A stretch of DNA of 64,000 nt from an uncultured Sphingosinicella sp. GTDB lineage: Bacteria; Pseudomonadota; Alphaproteobacteria; Sphingomonadales; Sphingomonadaceae. Positions 47,516 to 56,708 of the stretch are shown here, piece after piece. How positions within the stretch are numbered: position 1 is the first letter of the stretch; each line of letters opens with the position of its first letter. The notes below the pieces were generated by a model, which was not told the origin of the DNA, made no database searches, and worked only from the letters and a program-made list of their open reading frames with translations. Made by a program: the position numbers and the translations under genes. The stretch is from contig CAZTPD010000001.1 of assembly GCA_964614625.1 (NCBI GenBank), forward strand, positions 3,497 to 67,496, in the 5' to 3' direction.

Positions 47516-48459
47516 CGCGCCGGCCTCAGGCGGCCGAGGCTGCGATCGGCGGCGAGCCATTGCAGGGTCGGCGCCACCACCGCCTGCACGCCGAGCACCA
47601 GCAACTGGACGCCGAGCCGGGGCAGGGCGCCCCTCGGCACGCTTTCGTTCAGGAAGCGCCGCGCCGTCGCGAGATTGATCTGGCCGATTTGCAGCACGTC
47701 GTCTCCCCGTTCGTAATCCAGCGCCTCGCGGCAGAAGTCGTTGTAGCGATCGTCCCGATGTCTGGCCGCCATGTCGAAGCTCTTCTTCAGATTGTCCGAT
47801 CCGCCCGTATAGGCATTGGTGATCACGCCGCGATCCTCCTCATATCCCGCATCGCCGCCCACGCCGAACGCATGGCGATGGTCGCTCATGATCTGCCGCG
47901 CGATCAGCCTGTGCGCGAAGGTCGGCCCGGTCCCCGCCTGCGCGGGCCAGACCCGGTCGAACGTCTCGGCGACCATGCCCACCACGGCGGGCACCTGGGT
48001 GACGCTGCTGATCCACAGCGGGCGCAACTGGCGGCGCGCGAACAGCAGGAAGCAGGTGAGGCCGTAGAGTATCCAGGAAAGCCCCTCGCCGCGCACGGCG
48101 GGGTTCACCATCACCAGGCCGAGATGCAGCACCTCCATGCGCTCGGCGCCCTGCCGGACGGGCAGCAGCGGCATCGCGTTGAACGCGATCGCCTCGCCGC
48201 CGGCGGCATCGCGGACGAGCGTGATGACGCTGCCGCGCCAGGCCGCGCCGTCGGGATCGAACAGCCCGTAGTCCAGCTGCCGGCCGTCGAGGCAGCTCGC
48301 CACCACCGCGCGGCACCCGGCGACCAGCGGCGCGAGCTCGTCCTGCGCCATCCACGCGCCGGGGCGCTCCACGATATCCACCTGGAAACGGCGATTGGGC
48401 CGGAACCGCAGATGCAGATCGGGCGCCCCCAGCATACGCAGCGTCGACAGAAGCTTCAC
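47512..48459 (-). CDS. Hypothetical GNAT-fold acyltransferase
   Basis: GNAT motif A LHLGLVMVNPAVRGEGL; start uncertain (GTG 48459 or ATG 48435); ATGA overlap with ThiF. Confidence 0.7.
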   Translation of the reverse strand: MKLLSTLRMLGAPDLHLRFRPNRRFQVDIVERPGAWMAQDELAPLVAGCRAVVASCLDGRQLDYGLFDPDGAAWRGSVITLVRDAAGGEAIAFNAMPLLPVRQGAERMEVLHLGLVMVNPAVRGEGLSWILYGLTCFLLFARRQLRPLWISSVTQVPAVVGMVAETFDRVWPAQAGTGPTFAHRLIARQIMSDHRHAFGVGGDAGYEEDRGVITNAYTGGSDNLKKSFDMAARHRDDRYNDFCREALDYERGDDVLQIGQINLATARRFLNESVPRGALPRLGVQLLVLGVQAVVAPTLQWLAADRSLGRLRPAR

Positions 48460-48660
48460 CAAGACGAACCCATATCCCGCACCGAAACGCGACCCTAGCG
48501 GCGATGCCGGGCGATGCGTAGCTCTAAACCGCCTTGCCGACCCCGCCGCTCGCCCGATGCGGGCCGATAGCCGGATCGCATCGGCGCGGTCGCGATACGC
48601 GATTGGACGGCCCGATCCCCCGCCGCCACAATGCCGTCTTTCGCGACGAGGAGGGAAGGC

Positions 48661-49656
48661 ATGTTGAACCGGCGAACGGTCCTGGCCGCGGCGCTGCCGC
48701 TCTGGCTCGCGGCCTCGGGCTGCGCGGGCACGCGCGCCGCGCGGACGGACCCGGCGGCGCCGCTGCGCGTCGCGGCCCGTCCCGACGTGCTGGAGGCCGG
48801 GCCGTTCCACCATGCGGCGGCGGCGCTCGGCCCCGACCGCGTCGTCTCGATACCGGGCGGCGTTCCCAATCTCCTCGCCGGGCGGGACGTTTCCGGCGCG
48901 CTGGACCAGTTCGAGGGCGCGGCGGACCTGGCCGGCCAATCGGAGACGCAGCTGCTCCGGCTTTCGGTCGATCATCCGGACCTGCGCATCATCATGACCG
49001 TGACCGAAGGGCTCTACCGGATCGTGGCGCGGCGCTCCGCCGGGATCGCCGGCCTCGCCGACCTGCGCGGCAAGCGCGTCGGCACCTTCCCGCGCACGTC
49101 CGCCGCCTTCTTCCTCCATCGCATGCTGGCGAGCGTCGGCGTCGCGGACGCCGAGGTCGGGATCGTCGCGCTGCGCCCGTCGGAGATGGCCGCCGCCTTC
49201 GCCGAGGGCCGGCTCGACGCCATCGCCATCTGGGAGCCGGAGAGCGAACGCGTCGCGATCGCGCTCGGCGACGATGCCGTCACCTTCGCCGATCCGGCGA
49301 TCTATCGCGAGCTCTACAATCTCAACAGCACCGCCGCCGCGCTCGCCGATCCGGTCCGGCGCGCGGCGATCGTCGCGTTCACGCGCGCGCTGATCGATTC
49401 GAGCCGGGTGAGCCGCGAGACGCCCGAGGCCGTCTGGCCGCTCGTCGTCCGCCACAGCGGCTTCGATGCGGCGCTCGTCGCCGCGGCCTGGCCGCATCAT
49501 CGCTTTCCGGCCGCGCTGCCGGATGACCTGCTCGACCTGCTCGTCGCGGAGGAGGAATGGCTGGCGGCGGAGGAGGGGCGGGCGCCGCGCTCGCGCGCCC
49601 GGCTCGACACCCTCGTCGATCGCACTGTCCTGATGGAGGCGCTGGCCGGTCGATGA
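48661..49656 (+). CDS. Periplasmic substrate-binding protein (SsuA/NMT1-like), paralog of 42276-43265
   Basis: RRTVL Tat-like motif and ASGC lipobox; SVDHPDLRIIMTVTEGLYRIVARRSAGI nearly identical to the paralog. Confidence 0.85.
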   Translation: MLNRRTVLAAALPLWLAASGCAGTRAARTDPAAPLRVAARPDVLEAGPFHHAAAALGPDRVVSIPGGVPNLLAGRDVSGALDQFEGAADLAGQSETQLLRLSVDHPDLRIIMTVTEGLYRIVARRSAGIAGLADLRGKRVGTFPRTSAAFFLHRMLASVGVADAEVGIVALRPSEMAAAFAEGRLDAIAIWEPESERVAIALGDDAVTFADPAIYRELYNLNSTAAALADPVRRAAIVAFTRALIDSSRVSRETPEAVWPLVVRHSGFDAALVAAAWPHHRFPAALPDDLLDLLVAEEEWLAAEEGRAPRSRARLDTLVDRTVLMEALAGR

Positions 49657-49671
49657 CCGGCCAGCGCCTCC
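49635..49671. terminator. Perfect 17-bp inverted repeat spanning the SBP stop codon
   Basis: ggaggcgctggccggtc-gat-gaccggccagcgcctcc between convergent genes. Confidence 0.7.
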
Positions 49672-49686
49672 GGTCGGGGACATGTC

Positions 49687-52524
49687 CTAGAAGTTGAAGC
49701 GCGCGCCGAAGGTCATGAAGCGCCCGATCCGATCGTAGAAGGACGAAGACGCGTAGCTCGGCGCGGTGATCGCGTTCGGGGTCAGCGGCGGCGCCTTGTT
49801 GAACAGATTGTCGATGCTCGTGAAAAGCTGGACGTTGGGCGTGATGCGATAGCTCGCATTGACGTCGACATAGGCGCGCGCGGAGACGTGGTTGTCGTCG
49901 ATGTCCACCCCTTCGACGAAGGCGACATTGCGAATGCCGCCGTCCACATAGCGGAGCTGCGCGCCCAGGCCGAAGCGGCTGTCCCGATAGGCGGCGGACA
50001 GGGTCGCGCGCCACCTCGGAATGCCGCCGGCGGGGCCGACGGCGCTGGTCGTGCCGACCTGGCCGACATAGTCGATCGTGACCGCGTTCACCGTGGTCGA
50101 CAGCGTCTCGACCCAGTTGACGAGGCCGCGGAAATCGAGCCGGCCGGCGCCGAGCGGCATCGTGTAGGCCAGCTCCACGTCGATGCCGCTGCTCTTGGCG
50201 CCCGCCGCGTTGATCAAAGTGGCCTGGACCTGGGTGATGACATCGCCGTTGAAGGTGATGGCGGGGCACAGGTCCGTCTGCCCGCCGGTGAGGCAGCCGT
50301 CGACGATCTGCTGGCCGGTCAGGGAGGCGATCGCGTTGCTGATGTCGATCGAATAATAGTCGATCGACATGCGCAGGCCGCGCAGCCAGCTGGGCTGGTA
50401 GATCAGGCCGAGCGTCAGGCTGTCCGCCCGTTCCGGCGTGAGGTCCGGATTGCCGCCGGTGAGCTGCAGCGTGTTGATCGTGACGTTCGTGATCGGGTTG
50501 GTGATATTGTTGAAGAACTGGTTCTGGCCTGAGAACAGCTCGTTGATGCTCGCCGCGCGGATGTCGCGCGACAGCGTGCCGCGCAGGCGCAGGTCCGCGA
50601 ACGGCGAATAATTGACGCCCACCTTCCAGGTGGTGACGCTGCCCGAGCTCGAATAATCGGTGAAGCGGACGGCGCCGTTGACGTCGAGGCTCTGGCCGTG
50701 CCGTCCCTCGTCGAGCAGTGGGACGACCATCTCCGTATAGGCTTCCTTGACGTTGACCGAGCCGCTCAGCGGCTGCGGGTTGACCGTCTTCCAGCCGCGC
50801 AGCTGCGATATCTCGTCGGTGCTCGCGCGAATGCTCTCCTCGCGATATTCGGCGCCGAACGCGACCGAGACCGGCCCCGCCCAGGTGTCGAAAAGCCGGC
50901 CGTCCACGTTGAGCGCATAGACGTCCTGGCGCTGGTTCGAGCGCAGCGTCGCGACCCCCTTGTAGTAATCGAGCGCCGCCAGGCTGATCGATCCGGCCCC
51001 GAACGGATTGATCGGGACGCAATCGCGGATGTCGCGACGGGGGTCCTGCGCGTCGGTCGGAGCGGGATTGGTCAGCAGGGCGCGACAGACCGGCTGCCCG
51101 CTCACCGGATCGATCACCGAATCGAGGCCGAGCAGCCAGCGCGCCTCGATCCGGTTGTTGCCGTCGTCGCGGTCGTAGCGCGTCCGGCTGAGCTGGACGA
51201 AGGCGCTCGCCCGCCAGGCGTCGCTGAACCGGGCGTCGACCCCGAAGCCGTAGCGCTGGACCGTGTTGCGCACGATGTTGGTGAAGGCGCCGTCCTCGCC
51301 GGCCACGCGGCCGATGCGGAAGCTCGTCGCGGCATTGGCGTCGAGGATGTCGCCGATCTGCTGCGGCAGGAAGGCGTTGTCGCGCTGGATCAGGATCGTG
51401 CCGTTGTCGGTCGCGGTGGTGCCGTCGGAGAAGATGTCCGCGTTCGAGTAGAGCGCGTCGGCATAGAGGCTGATCGCGTCGGTGGCATCGAAGGTCACCC
51501 GGCCGTAAGCGGAATAGCGTTCCAGCTCGGGCAGGATGTTCGAGGTCGACGACAGCGAGGCGCCGTCGCCGCCGGTCATGTAGACATTGCCGACATTGGT
51601 GCCGTTCACGAAGGGCAGCACCGTGCCCCCGGGACCGAATTGCAGGTTGCGCAGCGCCGGGATGCTGTTGCGCGCGGTGACGCCGCCGAACGTCATCTGC
51701 GAGAAGCGCGCGTTCGGCGCGATGATCTGGCGCGGCGCGCCCGGCGTCCCCGGGAAGGCCGGATTGGTGAGGATGGCATAGTCGCCGCGCGCCCAGGGGC
51801 GGCTGTCCTGCGCGAGCTGCCCGTCATTGCGGAAATAGTCGGCCGAGGCGACGACATGGAGGCGCCCGTCGAGGAAGGCGCGGCCCGTGGTCAGCGACGC
51901 GCCCGGCGATTCGATGTCGCCATAGGTGGACTCGCCATATTGGACGTCGCCCCGCAGCCCCTCGAACCGGTTGTCGAGGACGATGTTGACGACGCCGGAG
52001 ACCGCGTCCGAGCCGTAGGCGGCGGAGGCGCCGCCGGTGATGATGTCGAGCCGCCGGATCAGGCCGACCGGAATGACGTTGATATCGACCCCGCCGGTCG
52101 GGTCGGTCGCGGCGAAGCGCCGGCCGTCGACGAGCAGCAGCGTGCGGTTGGGGCCGAGCCCGCGCAGGTCGAGATTGCTCGCGCCGATCGGCTGGCTGGA
52201 CTGGCCGGTATTCTGGTTGGCCTTCAGCGCCGGCACGTCGGTCAGCAGATCGGCGAGGTTGCGCACGCCCCGGTCGGCGAGCTCCGTCTCGCCGATGGTG
52301 GTGAGCGGGGTCGGCGCGGCGAAGCCCGAAATGCGGGTGCCAGTGATGACCAGCTCGGTGGTCCCGGGCGCATCCGTCTCCGCCGGCGCGTCCCCGTCCT
52401 GCGCCAGCGCGGCTCCGGGAAGCAGCGCCATGCTGCCGAGCAACGACAGGCCGGTGGCGGCCAGCCAGGTCGATGAAGCGCGGCGGCGGCGCGCGGTGCT
52501 CGCTATGAGGCGATGATGGTTCAT
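49687..52524 (-). CDS. TonB-dependent receptor
   Basis: ELVITGTRI, LDLRGLGPNRTLLLVDGRR, GGASAAYGSDAVSGVVN, C-terminal GRFMTFGARFNF. Confidence 0.95.
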   Translation of the reverse strand: MNHHRLIASTARRRRASSTWLAATGLSLLGSMALLPGAALAQDGDAPAETDAPGTTELVITGTRISGFAAPTPLTTIGETELADRGVRNLADLLTDVPALKANQNTGQSSQPIGASNLDLRGLGPNRTLLLVDGRRFAATDPTGGVDINVIPVGLIRRLDIITGGASAAYGSDAVSGVVNIVLDNRFEGLRGDVQYGESTYGDIESPGASLTTGRAFLDGRLHVVASADYFRNDGQLAQDSRPWARGDYAILTNPAFPGTPGAPRQIIAPNARFSQMTFGGVTARNSIPALRNLQFGPGGTVLPFVNGTNVGNVYMTGGDGASLSSTSNILPELERYSAYGRVTFDATDAISLYADALYSNADIFSDGTTATDNGTILIQRDNAFLPQQIGDILDANAATSFRIGRVAGEDGAFTNIVRNTVQRYGFGVDARFSDAWRASAFVQLSRTRYDRDDGNNRIEARWLLGLDSVIDPVSGQPVCRALLTNPAPTDAQDPRRDIRDCVPINPFGAGSISLAALDYYKGVATLRSNQRQDVYALNVDGRLFDTWAGPVSVAFGAEYREESIRASTDEISQLRGWKTVNPQPLSGSVNVKEAYTEMVVPLLDEGRHGQSLDVNGAVRFTDYSSSGSVTTWKVGVNYSPFADLRLRGTLSRDIRAASINELFSGQNQFFNNITNPITNVTINTLQLTGGNPDLTPERADSLTLGLIYQPSWLRGLRMSIDYYSIDISNAIASLTGQQIVDGCLTGGQTDLCPAITFNGDVITQVQATLINAAGAKSSGIDVELAYTMPLGAGRLDFRGLVNWVETLSTTVNAVTIDYVGQVGTTSAVGPAGGIPRWRATLSAAYRDSRFGLGAQLRYVDGGIRNVAFVEGVDIDDNHVSARAYVDVNASYRITPNVQLFTSIDNLFNKAPPLTPNAITAPSYASSSFYDRIGRFMTFGARFNF

Positions 52525-52706
52525 GAATTCCTCCCCTTCCTCGATCGCCGCCTGCGTTTCCAGCCGCTGGCAATCATCTGAACCCGATGCCGGGTTACGT
52601 GATTAACAAATAGACATTGTCAATGTTGAATGGTCCAATCGCTTTTTCGGAAACGATTGATAGCGGGCCGGCATGGAGCACGCCGACATGGGCGAATGGC
52701 GCGCGC

Positions 52707-53675
52707 TCATCCGGCCCCTCCCACGCAGTCCGGCGCGATCGGCGCCCGGATGCCGGCGGCGGCGGCGGCGAGCCGGAGCTTGCGGGCCTCCGCGGCGAGA
52801 TCCTCGCCCAGCCAGTCGCGCTCATGGCCCCACAGGCTCGGGCCGATCGTCATCTCCTCGGCGGTCCAGGTGTCGGGATCGATGCTGCGCCCGCCCCAGC
52901 CATATTCGATCAGGAAGCCGGACGGCGTGCGCAGGTAGAAGGACAGCATGTGGTCGTTCGAATGCCGTCCGAGCGTCGCGGCGACCCGGCCGGGCTCGAG
53001 CAGGGCGAGGTCGTAACCCTGGCCGACATCGTCGAGATCGCCCAGCTCGATCATCAGATGATGGAGCCCGCCATGCGCGTTCTCGATCAGCGCGAGGCTG
53101 TGATGGCGCGTATTGGCATGGAGGAAGACGGCCCGGAACGGACGGTTGGTGAAGTCGCTGACCCGAAAGCCGAGCAACTCGCGGTAGAAGGACAGGAGAG
53201 CCTCCAGCCGCGGCGTCTGGAGCACCGCATGGCCCATGCCGAGCCGGCCCGTGCGGAAGCCCGAAATCGCCCGGCCCGCGACGAAGGGCCGGGCGGCGCG
53301 GTGCTGGCCGTGGAAGAATTCGACGCGGTTGCCGGCCGGATCGGTGGTGGCGATGCCGGTCGCGACGGCGCGGCGCTCGGTCTCGCCGGGAGTGAGCGCC
53401 GCGACGGCATGGCCGGCCGCGTCGAGCCGCGCGGCGAGCGTCTCCAGCGCGGCCGCGTCCCGCACCTCCCAGCCATAGGCCGCGACGCCCTCGTCCCGGC
53501 CGTCGTCCAGGATCAGGCGGCGCTCCGCCTCGTCCATGCGCAGGGCGAGCGCGCGGGAGCCGTCCCGCACCGGCTGAAGACCGAGTAGGCGCGCGCCGAA
53601 GTCCGCCCAGTCGTCGAGCCGGGCGGAGCGCAGCAGCAGATAGCCGAGGCCGCTTATGGGGGTCGGCGCCGTCAT
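52707..53675 (-). CDS. Type I extradiol ring-cleavage dioxygenase (BphC-like VOC family)
   Basis: GLGY, GMGHAV, RHHSLA, LHHLMIE, LGRHSNDHMLSFYLRTPSGFLIEYG. Confidence 0.9.
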   Translation of the reverse strand: MTAPTPISGLGYLLLRSARLDDWADFGARLLGLQPVRDGSRALALRMDEAERRLILDDGRDEGVAAYGWEVRDAAALETLAARLDAAGHAVAALTPGETERRAVATGIATTDPAGNRVEFFHGQHRAARPFVAGRAISGFRTGRLGMGHAVLQTPRLEALLSFYRELLGFRVSDFTNRPFRAVFLHANTRHHSLALIENAHGGLHHLMIELGDLDDVGQGYDLALLEPGRVAATLGRHSNDHMLSFYLRTPSGFLIEYGWGGRSIDPDTWTAEEMTIGPSLWGHERDWLGEDLAAEARKLRLAAAAAGIRAPIAPDCVGGAG

Positions 53676-54187
53676 CGCGGCGCCGCGCTTTCCGGCGCCG
53701 CGATCCTGCCGTAGCGCCCGTCCACATAGACGAGCGGATCGACCGAAGGCCGTCCGAACGCTTCGATCACCTCGCCGATGAAGATCGCGTGCGTGCCGTA
53801 GTTCATCGCGCCGCCGTTGCGGCAGGCGAAACGCGCCTGCGCGTCCTCCAGCGCGGGCGCGTCGCCCGCGCCGTCGCGCCACGCGCCGACATCGAAGCGC
53901 GCCTCGCCGCGCGCCTGGCCGCCGCATCGCGCCGAAATCTCGGCCTGCGAGGCGTGGAGGATGTTGATGCAGAAATCGGCGCCCGCAGCGAGCGGCGCAT
54001 GGATGCTGGCGTCGCGGTTGACGCAGACCAGCATCGCCGGCGGATCGAGGCTGAGCTCGCTCACCGCGGTCGCCGCCATGGCATGGCGGAGGCCGTCGTG
54101 GCGGCAGGTGATCACCGCGACCGACCGGGCGAGGCCGCGCAGCGCGGCGCGCAGGGCCTCGGCGACCGGTTCGCGGTCAGTCCGCAT
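53672..54187 (-). CDS. Flavin reductase (HpaC-like)
   Basis: SVAVIT, SELSLDPPAMLVCVN, GTHAIFIGEV, PLVYVDGRY. Confidence 0.9.
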   Translation of the reverse strand: MRTDREPVAEALRAALRGLARSVAVITCRHDGLRHAMAATAVSELSLDPPAMLVCVNRDASIHAPLAAGADFCINILHASQAEISARCGGQARGEARFDVGAWRDGAGDAPALEDAQARFACRNGGAMNYGTHAIFIGEVIEAFGRPSVDPLVYVDGRYGRIAAPESAAPR

Positions 54188-55358
54188 CCGGCATCTCGGC
54201 GGGCGTGAACGCGCGGCGCTCCGCGATGCGCAGGCCATAGCCCTCGATCGCGGACAGCTTGGCCGGGTTCGTGGTCAGCAGGATCATGTCGCGGACGCCC
54301 AGATCGCGCAGGATCTGGGCGCCGATGCCGTAGTCGCGGATGGTCTGGTCGGCCGTCGGATCGCCGCCGGCGCTGCGCCGTTCGGACAAAGCGTGCGGCC
54401 CGCCGTCGCGGATGCAGACGAGCACGGCCGGCCCGTCATGCGCGCCGATCACGCGCAGCGCGTTGCGAAGATAGTCGCCGCGCGTCGTGGGCGGACAGAG
54501 AAGGTCGTTGGCGAAGTCCAGCTGATGGACGCGCACCAGGGTCGGTCCCTGTCCGACCGCGCCCTTGGACAGGGCGACATGCTCGGTCCCGTCGATCGTG
54601 CTGCGGAAGACGGACAGCGTCATGTCGCGGGCGAAGACCGTGTCGAACGGTTCCTGATGCACGCGAGCGATCGAGCGTTCGCTGCGCCGGCGATAGGCGA
54701 TCAGATCGGCGATCGTGCCGATCTTGAGCCCGTGCTCGCGCGCGAAGCGGACGAGATCGGGGAGGCGCGCCATCGTGCCGTCGTCGTTCATCACCTCGCA
54801 GATCACGCCGGCCGGCATCAGCCCGGCGAGCCGGGCGATGTCGACCGCCGCCTCGGTATGGCCGGCGCGCACCAGCACGCCGCCCGGCCGCGCGACGAGC
54901 GGGAAGACATGGCCGGGGGAGACGATGTCCTCCGGCCCCTTGCCGGCATCGATCGCCACCGCGATCGTGCGGGCGCGGTCATGGGCGGAAATGCCCGTGG
55001 TGACGCCGTCGCGCGCCTCGATCGACACGGTGAAGGCGGTGCCGAAGCCGCTCCGGTTCTGGGCGCCGTTCATCGGCGCGAGGCGCAGCGCCAAAGCGCG
55101 CTCCTCGGCGATGGCGAGGCAGATGAGGCCGCGCGCATATCTGGCCATGAAGTTGATGCGCTCGGGCGTCGCGAACTGGGCGGGGATGACGACGTCGCCC
55201 TCGTTCTCGCGGTCCTCGGCGTCGACCAGGATATAGGGGCGGCCGTTCACCGCTTCCTCGATGATCTCCTCGATCGGCGACACGGGATGATCCGGAACGC
55301 CGGCCGGCGCTTCGCGGACGGGGCGCGTGCCCGCGGCCCGGGCGGGCTCAATAGGCAT
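54177..55358 (-). CDS. ribB: 3,4-Dihydroxy-2-butanone-4-phosphate synthase with degenerate GTP cyclohydrolase II domain (RibBX type)
   Basis: DAEDRENEGD, GLIC, FTVSIEA, TGISAHDR, PGHVFPL, GHTEA; C-terminal domain lacks the Zn-binding Cys triad. Confidence 0.9.
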   Translation of the reverse strand: MPIEPARAAGTRPVREAPAGVPDHPVSPIEEIIEEAVNGRPYILVDAEDRENEGDVVIPAQFATPERINFMARYARGLICLAIAEERALALRLAPMNGAQNRSGFGTAFTVSIEARDGVTTGISAHDRARTIAVAIDAGKGPEDIVSPGHVFPLVARPGGVLVRAGHTEAAVDIARLAGLMPAGVICEVMNDDGTMARLPDLVRFAREHGLKIGTIADLIAYRRRSERSIARVHQEPFDTVFARDMTLSVFRSTIDGTEHVALSKGAVGQGPTLVRVHQLDFANDLLCPPTTRGDYLRNALRVIGAHDGPAVLVCIRDGGPHALSERRSAGGDPTADQTIRDYGIGAQILRDLGVRDMILLTTNPAKLSAIEGYGLRIAERRAFTPAEMPDAD

Positions 55359-55734
55359 CGATGTCCTTCAGCGCCGCCGTCGCCTGCTGCCAGCTGTCGG
55401 ACGCCGCCGGCAGCCCGACATAGATGGCGCTGTGGAGCAGGATCTCGCGGATCTCCTCCTTGGTGACGCCGTTGGCGATCGCGCCCTTCACATGGTTGCG
55501 CAGCTGGGCCGGCCGGCTCTGCCCCGCCAGCAGGGCGATGGTGAGCATGCTGCGTAGCTTCAGCGGCAATTCCGGCCGGCTCCACACCTCGCCGAAGCAC
55601 AGCCGCGTCACCAGATCCTGCAGCGGCATCTGGAAGTCGTCGGCGTCCTCGAGGCTCTTCATGCCCGCCGGGCCGAAAATTTGCTCGCGCAAGGCGCGGC
55701 CGCGCGTCATCGCGTCCCGATCGTCGTCGCTCAT
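55348..55734 (-). CDS. Carboxymuconolactone decarboxylase family protein
   Basis: CFGEVWSRPEL, NGVTKEEIREILLHSAIYVGLP. Confidence 0.88.
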   Translation of the reverse strand: MSDDDRDAMTRGRALREQIFGPAGMKSLEDADDFQMPLQDLVTRLCFGEVWSRPELPLKLRSMLTIALLAGQSRPAQLRNHVKGAIANGVTKEEIREILLHSAIYVGLPAASDSWQQATAALKDIDAY

Positions 55735-56708
55735 GCCTGCTTCCTTTCATCCTCGGACACCGACAGCAGCGCCCGCAGCCGCGCGCCGATCGCCGTCATC
55801 TCGCGCGCCGCCGCCGGCGACATCGCCATCGCGCGCAGAAAGCCGTGGATCATGCCGGGCGCCACCATCAGCTCGGTCGCCACGCCGGCGGCTGCGAGGC
55901 GGCGCGCATATTCGCGGCTCTCGGGCAGCAGGGGATCGAGCTCGGCGCCGACGATCACGGCCGGCGGCAGTCCCTCCAGCCGCTCCGTATCGAGCGGCGG
56001 CGGGCGAAAGACCGGCGTGTTGGCGTGCCGGAAGGCGTTGACGAAGGTGGCGATGCGCTGCGGCGTCAGCAGCGGATCGTGCGACGCCGCCGTCTCCGGC
56101 ACCTTCATCGCATAGGCGCCGTAGAGGAGAAGCTGGCCGACGAGCGGCGGCCCGCCCGCGTCGCGCGCCATCATCGCGGTGCTCGTCGCGAACAGCGCGC
56201 CGACGCTGTCGCCGCCGACCGCGAGCCGCGCCGGGTCCACGCCGAGCGCCGCCGCATGTTCGGCGATCCAGTCCAGCGTCGCGCGGCAATCTTCCTGTGC
56301 GGCGCGGTAATCGTTCTCAGGGAAGCGGCGATATTGCGCGCTCACCACCACCGCGCCGCTCTGCTCGGCGAGCGCCTGGCCGATGCAGTCGAAGCTCTCG
56401 ATGCTGCCGAAGACGAAGCCGCCGCCGTGGAAATAGCACAAGGCCGGCCGGACGATGTCGCGGCCGGGATGATGGATGCGCAGCGCCAGTTCCTGCCCGT
56501 TCTGGACGATGAAGGTGGTGCAGGCGCGGATGCGCGGATCGGGCGGCAGCGCGAAGGCGTCGGCCTCGAGATCGGACAGGAGGCGCGCGACGCCGAGCGA
56601 CTTTTCCGGATCGGCCTGGATCGCGCGCACCGTGTCGAGATAGCGGTCCAGCCCTTCGGCCATGGCCGGGGCGGGCGTGTCGGCCCTGTCCGGGACGCCG
56701 CCGCTCAA
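55731..56708 (-). CDS. Alpha/beta hydrolase, HSL family esterase
   Basis: HGGG, GDSVG, ELDPL, HGF; start TTG 56708 (overlaps the upstream stop) or ATG 56663. Confidence 0.88.
   Translation of the reverse strand: MSGGVPDRADTPAPAMAEGLDRYLDTVRAIQADPEKSLGVARLLSDLEADAFALPPDPRIRACTTFIVQNGQELALRIHHPGRDIVRPALCYFHGGGFVFGSIESFDCIGQALAEQSGAVVVSAQYRRFPENDYRAAQEDCRATLDWIAEHAAALGVDPARLAVGGDSVGALFATSTAMMARDAGGPPLVGQLLLYGAYAMKVPETAASHDPLLTPQRIATFVNAFRHANTPVFRPPPLDTERLEGLPPAVIVGAELDPLLPESREYARRLAAAGVATELMVAPGMIHGFLRAMAMSPAAAREMTAIGARLRALLSVSEDERKQA

Noticed and set aside
43266-48660. ThiF as a RiPP (microcin C-like) or ubiquitin-like/defence E1 enzyme
   Set aside because: No credible precursor peptide, C-terminal GG carrier, E2, JAB or CD-NTase gene seen; a very short precursor cannot be fully excluded
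47512-49683. 723-aa ORF suggesting a large fusion protein
   Set aside because: Its first about 400 codons are antisense to the SBP gene; only the part from about 48459 looks coding
54177-55358. Bifunctional ribBA
   Set aside because: Cyclohydrolase domain lacks the zinc-binding cysteine motif
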